A stretch of 49,899 nt of DNA, taken from contig JAHBMJ010000327.1 in the NCBI GenBank assembly GCA_018398765.1, positions 1 to 49,899 on the forward strand. Reading direction: 5' to 3'. The DNA is from Chromera velia (lineage: Eukaryota). The position numbers were made by a program, and so were the translations under genes. The notes below the pieces were generated by a model. It saw only the letters and a list, made by a program, of their open reading frames with translations, was not told where the DNA came from and did no database searches. Shown here piece after piece: positions 26,189 through 38,039 of the stretch; the first letter of the stretch is position 1; every line of letters begins with the position of its first letter.

Positions 26189-26639
26189 CGCATGTCAGGG
26201 GTGAGTAGGGTGCTTTTTGCCCCCCTAAAGCGGGGCATTTCGCAAAGTCGTTCTTATGATTGGTAAGGAGTTAGAAGCTGAAACTTTGTGTAAGAAGACG
26301 TTGTAACGATAGAAAAAGAACTATGAAACAGATTTTTTATATCATTTCTAGAAACATGGGCTGTCATACAAATTTTTTGATTTTGAGGCCAGTTTTTTAC
26401 GGTTTTGAATAGTAAGGAAAACGGTATGAAACTCACAAAATTTGTATGGCAGCCTATGTTTCTAAAAATAATATAAAAAATCTGTTTGACAGTTCTTTTT
26501 CTATCGTTACAACGTCTTCTTACACAAATTTTCAGCTTCTAACTCCTTACCAATCATGAGAACGAGTTTTTTGTGGAAAAACGCCAGTTTCTTATGCAGA
26601 AGGGGGGGCAACAAGCACCCTACTCGCCCCCGGCATGCG
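26189..26639. mobile_element. Foldback / MITE-like element that is almost entirely an inverted repeat
   Basis: Outer arms cgcatgtcaggggtgagtagggtgctttttgcccccc (from 26189) and ggggggcaacaagcaccctactcgcccccggcatgcg (to 26639). Inner arms at about 26248-26385 and 26428-26565 are near-perfect reverse complements around a ~40-bp spacer. No TSD identified. Confidence 0.75.
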
Positions 26640-28703
26640 AGTTTGAATTAATTTGTACACATTTTTATGCATTTTTGTTGTGCCCTATAGATTGCCCTAC
26701 AAACATGTATAGTCTTTGTCTTTAAGATTCTTTTGATTTTAGCTCAGGGGAAGTACGTTTTGATTCAACTTTTGACACTGTTGGAAAGTGGTCCTCGATT
26801 TTTTTAAACTCGATCTGCATCATACAAAATTAACAACTCAAATTTTTTGTAAAAAAAACAATCGTATCAGAAGTTTGTGCCAGGCCTGCCTGCTCCACGC
26901 GTGCTGTTTCTTTGAGTATGCACGTTCACTGATTTCTCTGTACTTTTTCCTCAACGTTTGAGAAAGCTTTTTGTCATAGACAGGTGGACTGTCTGAAAGC
27001 CAAGCATTGCCAGACCGTGTCTGCCTCAGCTTCGTCCTTCAAGAATTGTCACGCGTTTTCAAGCGTCTGTTGAGACGAAGAGAATGGTTTGTCAGAAGCA
27101 GACTTGATTTTCACGTTGAGAACAAAATTCAACTTCTTCCCGTTATCGATCAGTTCCAGTAACTCCTTGTTGGATTCTGCTCTGTGTTCGTGCGTCGCAT
27201 TGAATTTCAAGAGGGTGTCAGGTCTATCTTTTTTCTGTCCGGTTCATCCCGGTTCTCCAGAAAAAAAATGTTGCAAGTATCCGAAAAGGCTCCAGGTAAG
27301 CAGTTGACATGGACTTTTCATCCATTCATGTCTCTACCTCCTGTGAAATCTTCAAATTTGCTTCAAACGGAAGCTTACGAAAAAATCAGTCTTCCTCTTT
27401 TTTTTGTCCACAAATGAAGCAAAGTCAGCCACTCAGCCTGTAGACCCTGTGGATACCGCCCTATCTGCCGCTTTCGGGCACGCCCGGCCGACTGGAGAGG
27501 TGCGTACTTAGAATGACTCTGTACGTCTCTTTGGCTCGTCCCGCCTAACATGGGTGGCGCTACAGTCTGTGTATTCAGGCTGTAGTTCCAGCAATACCGC
27601 GAGCAGTGACGCGATTTATCTTTTTTTTGTGAGGTAGACGGGCGATTCAGAGACTGCGTTCCAACTGTGGGATTGTCTTCTCTTTTTTGTTGAGTCTCAC
27701 ATTCGCCTCTTCCGGCTACATGCTTCTTTTCTTCTGGTAAAGCCTAGAATCCGGCATGGGTTTTGGTATAGTATGGCGTATGCTGACTGTGCATGCTACA
27801 GAGTGGCAGGGTTGGAGCTTTTCCTGTTGTTCCGTCTCTTTAATGAACGGCTCCTCTGCTTTCACCGCCCCTGCCCGCAGGAGGTCTCCACATTCGCCTC
27901 TCAGAGAGAAGGGTTTGGACTCCAATGGGTCTTTCTACAATGTATGAGAACGGTCCGGAGGGCGGGGGAGGCGGGGGGGTTTGTTGTGTCATCTTTTTTT
28001 CTCTGCAGAACTTAGAGCATTGGATTTCCTCTCAGATGTGTGAATGGGTGTCCGTCTTTCTTGCTGTCTGTCTATATAATCCTGGGGACTTGCCTTGCTC
28101 TGCTTGCTGGCCTACATGAATGAGAACAAGATATGAAGACAGGCCGATTGCCGGAGTGACAGTGCGTATCGGATTGAAGCTCTTGGGTATCAGGTACAAA
28201 CGACACGTTGGTTAATTCCATTCATCCTTTTGCTGTTGTGTGTGCACCTACATGCATACTTGAAGTCCCGTCTCTTTTTGCCTCTGGGGATCTTAGACCT
28301 CTCAGGATTGCGTCCTTTTTCTTTCAGGGCTCTTTTCCTTCTAGCTGCTTTATTCGTTCAATCCCGCATTCGTGCACTCGTTCTCTGATTCCGAGGTCCG
28401 GTGCCTCAACCTAAAAGAAAAGCTACCGTGGTGGGGCCGTTGCTGTGCAACACCTACACCTGCACATCTTTTCCTAAATCTCTCCCTCCCTCCCTCCCTC
28501 CCTCCCGAGGAACACAATTCAGCATGCACGATCATCGACCTCACTGTGCCATTCTGTCCCTACACGCACGTTTTAGTAATCCGAAAAAAGTTGCTGTCGT
28601 GGAATGAATTCAAACGCAAATCGAGTATTAAAAGCTCTTATCAGGATGTGTTGGACGTGAATTTTTCGGAGCCCGCAGTTACTTGGGTGCTGTATGCTTA
28701 CAG

Positions 28704-29487
28704 ATTTCGTGCTGAGTACTCGGAAGCTGGGCCTCCTTCTCTCCTCCCTTCCGGCGAGCCCCCCTTCTTTGGAGACTTTGAAGTGCGGTCAGCTGATGTT
28801 CCTGGTGGGGGTATTGCCTCTCCTTCCCTCTGTCTCTCTCTCAATTGGTTGTCCCGGGCTGTTCTGCCCTTTCTTCCCACCGAGCTGCTGTGTTGTCCTC
28901 CGACCAAGATTTGAACAGTTCACCTTCTCTCTCTCTCTCTCCCCCTCTCTCTCTCTCTCTCTTGTTTGCTCTCTGCTTCCCTTAGACTTGAGCTCCCATG
29001 CAGTCACTCGCATCTCTTTCCCTTCGGTCTGAAGTGACAAAGTTCTAGAAGAATTTTTGATAAGGGCTGAAGTAAAAAAATAAGTATAGTGAAAGATGGG
29101 CAGCCAGGCGACATGGTCTTCTCTGCTGCTCTTCTTTCTCTGCCTTGGTGTGCCATGTGCAAGAAGCACGTTCTCAGGTCTACGAGTTTTCCACCCTCCT
29201 TGTACTGACGGTCTTCCTCAAAGCAAATGGGGGTCCGGGCGGGGCTACGAGTCGTTTGAAGACTTTGACTGCCTCCGGTTAGTCACTGAATTGATAAGCA
29301 TTTTGGCTCTTCAGTCAGTCAGTAAATCAAGCAATCAGTCAGTCAAGTCTGAAACGCCCTCATTCCATAAGTGAGCATTCAACAGTGTCCCTGAAGTAGC
29401 TGCCTTGATTGCATGTCGCTGCTCGCGGTCAGACATACTTTGGGGTACTGTGAGACCCTTGGTGGGAGATGAATACTCTGCATGGTA

Positions 29488-29534
<47 letters not shown>

Positions 29535-29633
29535 ATGTGTGTGTGTGTGTTTGTTGTATGTGTGTGTGTGTTAAACTTTGTGTTTGTGTGCGTGTGTGTG
29601 CATGCGTGTGTGTGTACGTGTGTGCGTGTGTGC

Positions 29634-29668
<35 letters not shown>

Positions 29669-29732
29669 CGTGTGTGCGTGTGTGTGTGCGTGTGTGTGCG
29701 TGTGTGTACGTGTGTATGCATGTGTATGCGTG

Positions 29733-29779
<47 letters not shown>

Positions 29780-29813
29780 GTGTGCGTGTGCGTGTGCATG
29801 TGCGTGTGTGTGT

Positions 29814-29854
<41 letters not shown>

Positions 29855-29928
29855 ATGCGTGTGTATGCGTGCGTGCGTGTGTGCGTATGTGCGTGTGTAT
29901 GTGTGTGCGTGTATGTATGTGTGTGTGC

Positions 29929-29973
<45 letters not shown>

Positions 29974-30276
29974 TGTGTGTGTGCGTGTGTGCGTGTGTGC
30001 GTGTGTGTGCATGTGTGTGCGTGTGTGTGTATGTGTGTGTGTATGTATGTATATGTGCGTGTGTGTGCATGCGTGCGTGCGTGCGTGCATGTATGTATGT
30101 GTATGTGTGTATGTGTATGTGTGTGTGTGTGTGTGTGTGTATGTGTGTGTGCGTGCGTGTGCGTGTGCGTATGCGTGTGCGTGTGCGTGTGCGTGTGCGT
30201 GTGCATGTGCGTATGCATGTGCGTATGCGTATGCATGCGTATGTGTGTGTATGTGTATGTGTGTATGCATACGTAC

Positions 30277-30316
<40 letters not shown>

Positions 30317-30405
30317 GTATGTATGCGTATGCGTGTGCGTATGCGTGTATGGGTGTGTGTGCATTTGTGTATGCGTGTGTGTGTGTGTATGTGTGTATGT
30401 GTGTA

Positions 30406-30442
<37 letters not shown>

Positions 30443-33281
30443 ATGTGTGTGCAGAGTGCGAGATTTATGACTACCCGCTTTTCTTCCCGTCTCTTCCAAC
30501 CTCCCTGGAGTCTTTGGATCTGAGAGGTCAGTCTTCTTCGTTATTGATAACAAGGCACTGGTGTGCTGCGACTGCCGTTTCCCTTTTGTCAACTGATCAT
30601 TTTCTTTTTGTATGCAGTCTCTTTGGGACAGGCGCTTGCTGGTTGCACAGGAGTGCACTCTTGCGGAACGTCCACTGATCTGTTCGAGCCCAGCAGCGGT
30701 GTTGTCAGGCTTTTTTTGTAATTACAATTGCATGTTGACGTTTCTGTTCCTGCCTGAAATCCTTCAGACCCAAATTCTTTTCCTTCTGTCCCCGGCAACT
30801 GTCGAACAACTATTATTCGGGTTCACCGTCCTCAGTTGTATTCTGTACCTCCCTTATCCTATCCTTAAAGACATCTGGACTAGCTGCAGTATGGCACTCC
30901 AACCCTGTTTTCCCGTCTGATTTGATGACTGCATACGTGCAGGGAACTGTTTCCGTGGTCCCTCGATGGAGATCTTGGACTTAGTTCTTCGGGGTCGTTG
31001 GCTACCCTCCCTCTTGAATTTGGATCTGAGCAACAACTATTTTGGTCCTTCCGGGGTCCAATCTCTCGTGAGGGGTCTGTGCGCTCCCCTGCAGATACTC
31101 TGACTTGCATACACGGGGGCAAAAGAAAAAGGGGTGGAGGCTCTGGCAGAAGTGCTTAAAGCCAAAGGACTCGCTTCTCTGAGAAGCGTTGATTTGGAGG
31201 GTAACGAAATAGGGGCGGGGGGGTTAAAGTACTTGGCTGATGCAGTCTGTACAGCAGGTGCAGTCCCGCTGCTTCGTGTTTTGTTTTTGAAGCAGAACCA
31301 TCTCACACATCAAGAATCGAAAGAGCGAGATTATGCTCCCCTGTCCAAACTTCTCTCCACAGACCAAATGATAGAGTTGGAGGAGTTAGATTTGAGTGAT
31401 AACGGTCTTTTTGACGAACGGCTGGGGGGTGACAATGCACCCGATCGTGTGTCTGCTGCAGCTGTTGTGGCTCCGAGGCGTTTTCCAAAACTGCAAATCC
31501 TGAATCTTGCTGAAAACCGGATCAAATCTGAGGAATTAGTAAACACTGTAGGAGAGGGGGGGGCTCCAATGCTAGAAGACCTCGATCTATCGGGGCCAAT
31601 CATGCATCCATGGTAGGAGGGGTTAGAAGAGGCAGTGGGGGTCCAGGCACTTACAAACGCATTAATTTCCGATCGTCTCTCACAGCTCACCTGACTGGTT
31701 CTATGCAAACGAAGGGACCTGACGGGTAGTGCTGTCAGGTCGTTGTTTGAGGCCGTAGCAGATGGTAAAACACCGCTTATTCGTGAGGTTTGGGTAAACG
31801 TTCGTAAACAGGTTGCAGACGAGCCTGGGGATCCAGAAATGGATTATAGTGAGGCCGTTGATACCCTTACCAAAGTAGTGGTAGAAAAGAAGGCACCGAG
31901 AATGGAGAATCTCTTTCTCACTGTCTCTTCTGGTTTCTTTCGATCCACTTCTTTGTCGTCTTTAGGAAGGGCTCTAGGGTCGGGGGGGGTTGCGTCCCTC
32001 CGAAAGCTTGCGCTGTGTTGGTATTCTCTGGATGATGAAAATCCGGGTGGGGGGATGTGGGGGTTGGCAGAAGGTCTAGGTGATGGGGGTATGCCTGTGC
32101 TTGAAGAACTGGTTCTCCATGTAGGGTGTCCCGGCGGAGATGGAGGGGCTGAACTCGGTCAGGTTCTGAGCATGGGTAAAATCCCGTCTCTGAAATATAT
32201 GAATTTGGGTTTGCCTGCGACAAAGATGCTTTCCGCTCTGTGCGAAGGTCTGAGTGCCGGAAATTCTCCCCCCCCCTCAATGAGAATGAAACTAGTCCTG
32301 AATGTTTTCGGTGGGGTAGCCGTCTTCGCCGCTCTTTTTAACCTTGCTGATGTAATCCGTTCGGGGCGGATATCATTTCTGTGTCAGTTGATATCCAAAC
32401 CTTTGGACAACAAAGAATCCTTCGAAGAATGTGCAGGGGCGCTAGGCAGGGCACTAACTCACCCAGATACCAATTTAACTTTTTTAGAAGAGGTCTTTTT
32501 CCAGCTGTCTGTTCCTGAAGCCGTAGCATTTATGGAAAGGATGCAGGTGGGGGGAGGCTGTCTGCCTTCCCTTCGCAGGCTTCATACGGGGATCGCTTGG
32601 TTGGCTTCCCTCATCACTTCAGGCAAATTGCCGTCCCTTTCCGAATTGAAAACCACCGTGCAGCTTGCACGTACCGATTTCTATGTAGCCTACGCCCTTT
32701 CAGCGATTTTCCACTCTCCCCACGCTGCTTCGTTACGGGAGGTTGACGTGTGGTTCGACGACGATGATTCCCCGAACCATGGAATTGCCTTAGCAAAGAT
32801 GGCAACCATCTGTTCTTCCCTAACCTCCCCACATCTGACCAAACTTCAAGTTCTTCGGGTCACAAGAATTTTTGAACCTGGAGGTTTCCACTCCCTTTGT
32901 GCTGCACTTACAAATGGGAAGTTGTTCTTCTTTCGTGAGCTGACGCTCCAAAAGGTCAACCTTGAAGTAGGAGGTGATGTGCTCTCTTCTGCTCTCCAAG
33001 CAGTCAAGCTTCCCGGTTTGAGAGTGTTCAGGCTTATTTCGGCCTAGCTCACCGATGACGGACTCAAGACGCTGACAGATGCTTGGACCAGTCAGCTCCC
33101 CCCTCCGCTGGACCATCTAGATCTTTCAGACAACGAAATTTCCAACAGAGGGGCAGAGACCCTATCAGCTTTCCTTACCTCCCGGGTTCTGCCATTTCTC
33201 TTGAGCATTGACCTGAAAGATAACTTGCTGTTTAACGATACGGGGGCGAGGCTCAAAAGAGTGTTACCAAATGTTCGTTAA
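28704..33281 (+). pseudogene. Ribonuclease-inhibitor/NLRC3-type leucine-rich-repeat gene with four in-frame stops; exons 28704-28787, 29178-29277, 30455-30526, 30943-33281; further 5' exons probably lie at about 27000-28430
   Basis: LRR units LESLDLRGN, LLNLDLSNNYFGPSG, LRSVDLEGNEIGAGG, LEELDLSDN, LQILNLAENRI and LDHLDLSDNEISNRG. A single frame runs 30945-33281 with stops at 31101 (TGA), 31614 (TAG), 31692 (TGA) and 33045 (TAG), and a terminal TAA at 33279. The phase between the first two listed exons is unresolved (a microexon may be missing). Confidence 0.8.
29485..30452. repeat. ~970-bp degenerate (GT/GC/AT)n alternating purine-pyrimidine tract inside an LRR-gene intron
   Basis: Near-continuous gtgt/gcgt/atgt alternation ending directly at the acceptor gcag|30455. 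Confidence 0.95.
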
Positions 33282-35238
33282 CTATTAGTAACTCGGGTAG
33301 CACTAGATCTATTGGTGATGATTGCATATCATTACAATGCTTAATTATCGGTAATAGCGTAGCATTAACTTAAATTTCGTGGTGTGACCCTGGCGTTCTA
33401 GAAAATAACAACTTTTCCGTGCCTAACGTTAATTATAGAAGTATCGACACTACTATCCAGCTACTACTACTGGTAGCTAGCTCTGGATGTGGATAACAAT
33501 GGCACGTCATAGTCATAGAATTATATAGTCTGATAATAGTCAATGTAGGAATTGATTGATTGTTAACTATAGATTGCTAATTTAGAAATTTAGACAGGAA
33601 TTAATTTAGAAGAATTTAAACAAAAATTTAGAAAACTTTAGAAATGAATGACAAATCTTAAAAAATTTAAAAGTTAAATTTCTAATTAAAACTTTAGAGT
33701 CTATATATTGAGGGCTGGATTGGAGGTCAATTTAATTAAACAATTTCTTCTATGCAAACTTTGATCAGTTAGGAGTTCATGTTAGCAATGCATATATCAT
33801 GCTGCGTATATCTCTAGAGTTGAGTGATTGACGATCTCTGGCATGAACATGGGCTGCTGGGAGCACGGCTCTACTCTAGCAAAGCCAACTTCATTCATAT
33901 AGTTATATAAGTACCGTTAATATCAAGTCCTCCTAGAATTTAAAATCTTCACTTATTTTAGTCTACAAAAAAATGATTTTGATCCCAAAATTGCTAAATT
34001 CTACTAAACTTTTACAAATTAATTCCTCCCCTAGAGTCCTTTTAAAATTAATTCTTCAAAATTCTTAGCAAAATCCTATCTCAATTAATTCTTCTAAACT
34101 CTTCTGAATCTAGCGCTGAACTCTATAGCCTGAATTAATCTAGGAATTAATTCTTTTTTGAGTATAAAATGCAAACTAGACTCTAGACTGGACTGCAACG
34201 TGGACCTCCCTGCACCTAACTACTACTTGAAAGTTCAAACCGCATTTTCGGATAAGCTTGAAAGTCTGCGCTGCAGGCGCAGATCATTTACAGTGTCTTG
34301 AAAGCCAAAGCCGCATATCTGAACAGTGTCTTGACCGTCTATATACGCCGCATGCATGGACGGTCTCTTAAAAAATTAAGGTAGAAATCATCTTGATTAT
34401 AGTTTTTCAAGTGACACTTATATAGGTTCAGGGAGGTTGCACGGTGATACATTGTTTAAATTGATATGACTTCTTAGATCACTTCTAACCTAGCTTCTAA
34501 TACATCTAATGTGAGTCGCGTGAGTCACTGTGTGACAGTATGACTTCTGTTTAACTTAATAGCTCTAACTTAAGATTTCTGTCAATTTCTATCTTAATAA
34601 CAGCTATAAAGCTATAGGGTGCTAAGGTGTCCGTTGCTTTGAGCATGTTTCGGGACATTAATCGATCTCCGTAGTGTGCTCGCAAGTCTAACTGGATATT
34701 GAGTCTCGATATAAACTAAGTGGGAGATAGGTTTGCAATTAAGGGGTGCTTATGTACCGTCCCTGACCCCGCTCATTCCGTGACCTGCTTCGACATGCTT
34801 TTGTCCTCTTTCATCCTTTTTGCTAGCCTTTTCATAATTATGAACGTTTTCCCACTCAAAAACGAAAAAAGCGTTCATAATGTAAAGCCTTAAACAACGA
34901 AAACTCAAGGCCTCAGGCCAACTTTCTTTCTTTCTTTGTTTCTTTATAGAACTTTGTTAAAGTTATAAGTGACAATCAAATTTATATCAAAGGTCCAATC
35001 TAGCTAACGATTAAACTATATTGGCTAAACAGGACTTGTATGGATTGTCTAATCAAAATACATGGTTTAAACATGTTTAAACTAGGATTTAAACATAAAA
35101 AAACACCTACAGCAATCGATAAAAAATATAATGCCGCGCATTAAGTACGTTGATCATCCTAATAAAGCTTCATATATGTAAAACCCAGACGAACTTTTTT
35201 TCTTTCTTTTTTTAGGACTTTAGAGTGTGAACCCTACT

Positions 35239-36922
35239 CTAATGAATTGGGAGTTGAATTGGGCGTCGAATTGGTAGTACTACCAATTTTTTACCGCCAG
35301 TAACTCCCAATTTTAAAAAATTGGTACCTAGTCTAGTGAAAGAAGTACATAGAGTTTGAAGCTAAAATTTTGTGTACAGGCTAGACAGGGGCTCACTAGT
35401 CTCTAGCCGTAGTCATTAGACTCTAATTCATTACTAGGAACAAATTCTATGAACACTTAGAGTCATCTAAAAATTGGGAGTTACCAATTTTTAAATAGAA
35501 ATTTTTTAGGACCGCTGAAAAAAAAATTGGTAGTACAAAAAAAAAAATGGGACTTAACTTGAAACTTTTGTTTTGTATGTCATAGTGCACCGCTAACGCA
35601 ATATAAAACAGACAGTGGACAGCTCTACACAAACTGCACGTACCAGTATAAAAAATAGAGTGAAAATCGATCCAATTGACCATGTAAGCCTACCAGAATT
35701 CATAATCCGTCCATATGCCAGACAGTGGCTGCTGATCTTTGTTCAGATCATGCCTCTCTCTCCCGAACATGCTTTTCCATCCTGTGGTCCGTTCAACATG
35801 ATATTTTACATATCGCAAACGAGGGTGAAGCAAAAAAAGAGCTGGGACTTTTTTTTATTTGGACAGTGAATGAGAAAAAGCTCTTTCAGATGGAGGAATT
35901 GAATTCGTTTCTGTTTGATTCAGATATGTGGCGAAAAACAGGGCTGCCCCCTACTCAGTGGGTCCGAGGAATTCCAAGAAACAATAGAAAGATTAAATTG
36001 GGGGCTGTAGATGTCAGATACATTTTGCCTCGTGTGGTTGAGTTCATAGAAAAAATGTGCCCAGACATTTTTGTTGTAGAGAACCCTCCTGCTTATTCTT
36101 TTTACTTGCATTCGTGGATCCTTTCCACATTGACAGGTTCAATCACGGATGAGAAACTTGCAGAGCTGAAGACGGTGATAAAGACTTGGTAAGACCTTTT
36201 TTGCAAGTCTTATGGGTGGGCGGTCCCAAAGACTCACTTCTACTCGCACTTCCCGGTGTGGATCCACCGGTTTGGGGGGTTGAGCACAGCGAAATGCTAC
36301 GGCTTTGAATCGTATCATAAGAAGGTTTGCAAACGTTTTGTCCTACAGGGGGGACGTTATTCATATGATCGTTTTATTCTGGAAGATCTGGTTTTTGCGT
36401 GGTTGTGCAAAAGAAAGAAAGCCATGCAAGCATATTTTACTGGTGTGTCACGCTGGGAGGGACTTCAAGCATGAATAACACTATAAAACTATACAAAACT
36501 TATGATTTATGAAGTTCTGTGCAGCCGCAACACTGTTCTATTATAGTGTTCTTTCTTTTTACATATATTTTACTTTCTAGGAGAAGTTATAAAATTGGTA
36601 GTCCAAAAAAAAAATTGGGTGTTGATTTTCTTTAAAATTGGTAGTTAGTCCTAAAAAAAAATTGGTAACTCCCAATTTTTAGGTGACTCTAAGTCTAGCT
36701 CTAAGTGTTCATAGAATTTGTTCCTAGTAATGAATTAGAGTCTAATAACTATGGCTAAAGACTAGTGAGCCCCTGTCTAGCCCGTACACAAAATTTTAGC
36801 TTCAAACTCCATGTACTTCTTTCACTAGACTAGGTACTAATTTTTCAAAATTGGGAGTTACTGGCGGTAAAAAATTGGTAGTACTACCAATTCGACGCCC
36901 AATTCAACTCCTAATTCATTAG
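35239..36922 (+). mobile_element. Internally deleted DNA transposon with ~254-bp terminal inverted repeats (35239-35492 / 36657-36922), CMC/Plavaka-like
   Basis: The arms align end to end with 9 substitutions and one 12-bp duplication. Subterminal motifs aattgg(g/t)agt are repeated in both orientations. The ends cTAatgaatt...aattcatTAg are compatible with a TA duplication. The element encloses a transposase remnant. Confidence 0.85.
35680..36474 (+). pseudogene. C-terminal transposase fragment (CACTA/Mirage/Chapaev/Plavaka-type) with an in-frame TAA at 36190-36192
   Basis: ORFs 35725-36192 and 36256-36474 share one frame. Reading through the stop gives HDILH ... PKTHFYSHFPVWIHRFGGLSTAKCYGFESYHKKVCK, matching the DxxH and PKxHxxxH...IxxFG...ExxH motifs of this group. 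Confidence 0.7.
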
Positions 36923-37327
36923 GATATAGCTGTAAAGTAATGGTCAGAAATTTAAGCCTCAAGGCCATAGACCATGGTTAGGTTTGATGTTTTAGCTGAT
37001 CTTCATTAAATTAAGAAGCTACTCCATATCCCATCTTTCTGAATAGTTTCTAGAAAGGTTTACTATTGAGTATACATTTCTATATAAACTTGTATTCTAA
37101 AATCTACTCTGAACTTATTTTTACTAGCAGTAGTCTATTAGCTCTAGTATTAGCTACTAGATTAGCTAGTATTATAGTAGTTACTATGTAGTAGTGAAGT
37201 ATAGCGGCTATAGACCCTATAATCAGGCAGTCTAGACTCAGCACACAGAAAGTAGTGTTTTAATTTTTGCTTTACGTGTCACTGAGATAAAAAAAAATTT
37301 CTTCCAAGATTAACATATGACGATCGA

Positions 37328-37967
37328 CTACCCCTTTTTGTCTGCCATCCCCACCTTCTTGAAGTAATCAATGCTCAAAAACTTTTTATACAGCTCGACG
37401 AAGACTTCTGGGCTCAAGCACGTGCTCTTCACAGCGGGCAGCTCTCGCATGGAGTCCATCCACTTCGAGAAAAAAGGGAACTCGGCCTTCAGTCTGCCGG
37501 GAAAGTCAACAGCCCTGAGGCCAGGCAAGACGGCATTCATTCTCTCAATGAAAGGAAACAGAGCGCAATCGCAGAGATCTGGGCACGACCCTCCCATGAA
37601 CTTCCCCCCACTTTCTTTCAAATGATGCTCAAAGACCACGAGTTCTTCAAAGATTTTCTCCAAAAGCGCGTTGCTTTCAATCTCAGGCAGATCCGGGCTT
37701 GCAGAAAGGAATGTGAAAAAGGCACGCGCAAGGGTGTCGACGCGTGTGATACGAATGCGCATATTTGCTCTCTCCATCGGAGACGCGGACGTCAGCCCAG
37801 CTGTCCGATCAGAGTCACACGCGTCTGCAATGAATTCGTTGACAACCAGAGACTCGTAGATGGACACACCGGAACGCTCGTCCTTCAAGACCGGGACCTG
37901 CATGGAGTGAAGGAGGTTTCTCTCTCTCTCTCTCTTTCTCGCTCTCTCTCTCTTTCTCTCTGTGTGT

Positions 37968-38039
<72 letters not shown>

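Noticed and set aside
29335..30678. Six long ORFs rich in Val-Cys or His-Thr
   Set aside because: They are translations of the (GT)n tract, which lacks stops in all frames. The tract is intronic.
30943..33281. Stop-codon reassignment as the explanation for in-frame stops
   Set aside because: Intact genes in the window end in TAA (5524), TGA (9827) and TAG (25702, 37328), and the 8.7-kb gene has no internal stop. All three stop types appear as interruptions only in repeat-like or family sequences.
34225..34335. Spaced cttgaaag repeats as a CRISPR-like array
   Set aside because: The repeats are only about 8-12 bp with irregular spacing, there are no cas genes, and the context is eukaryotic.
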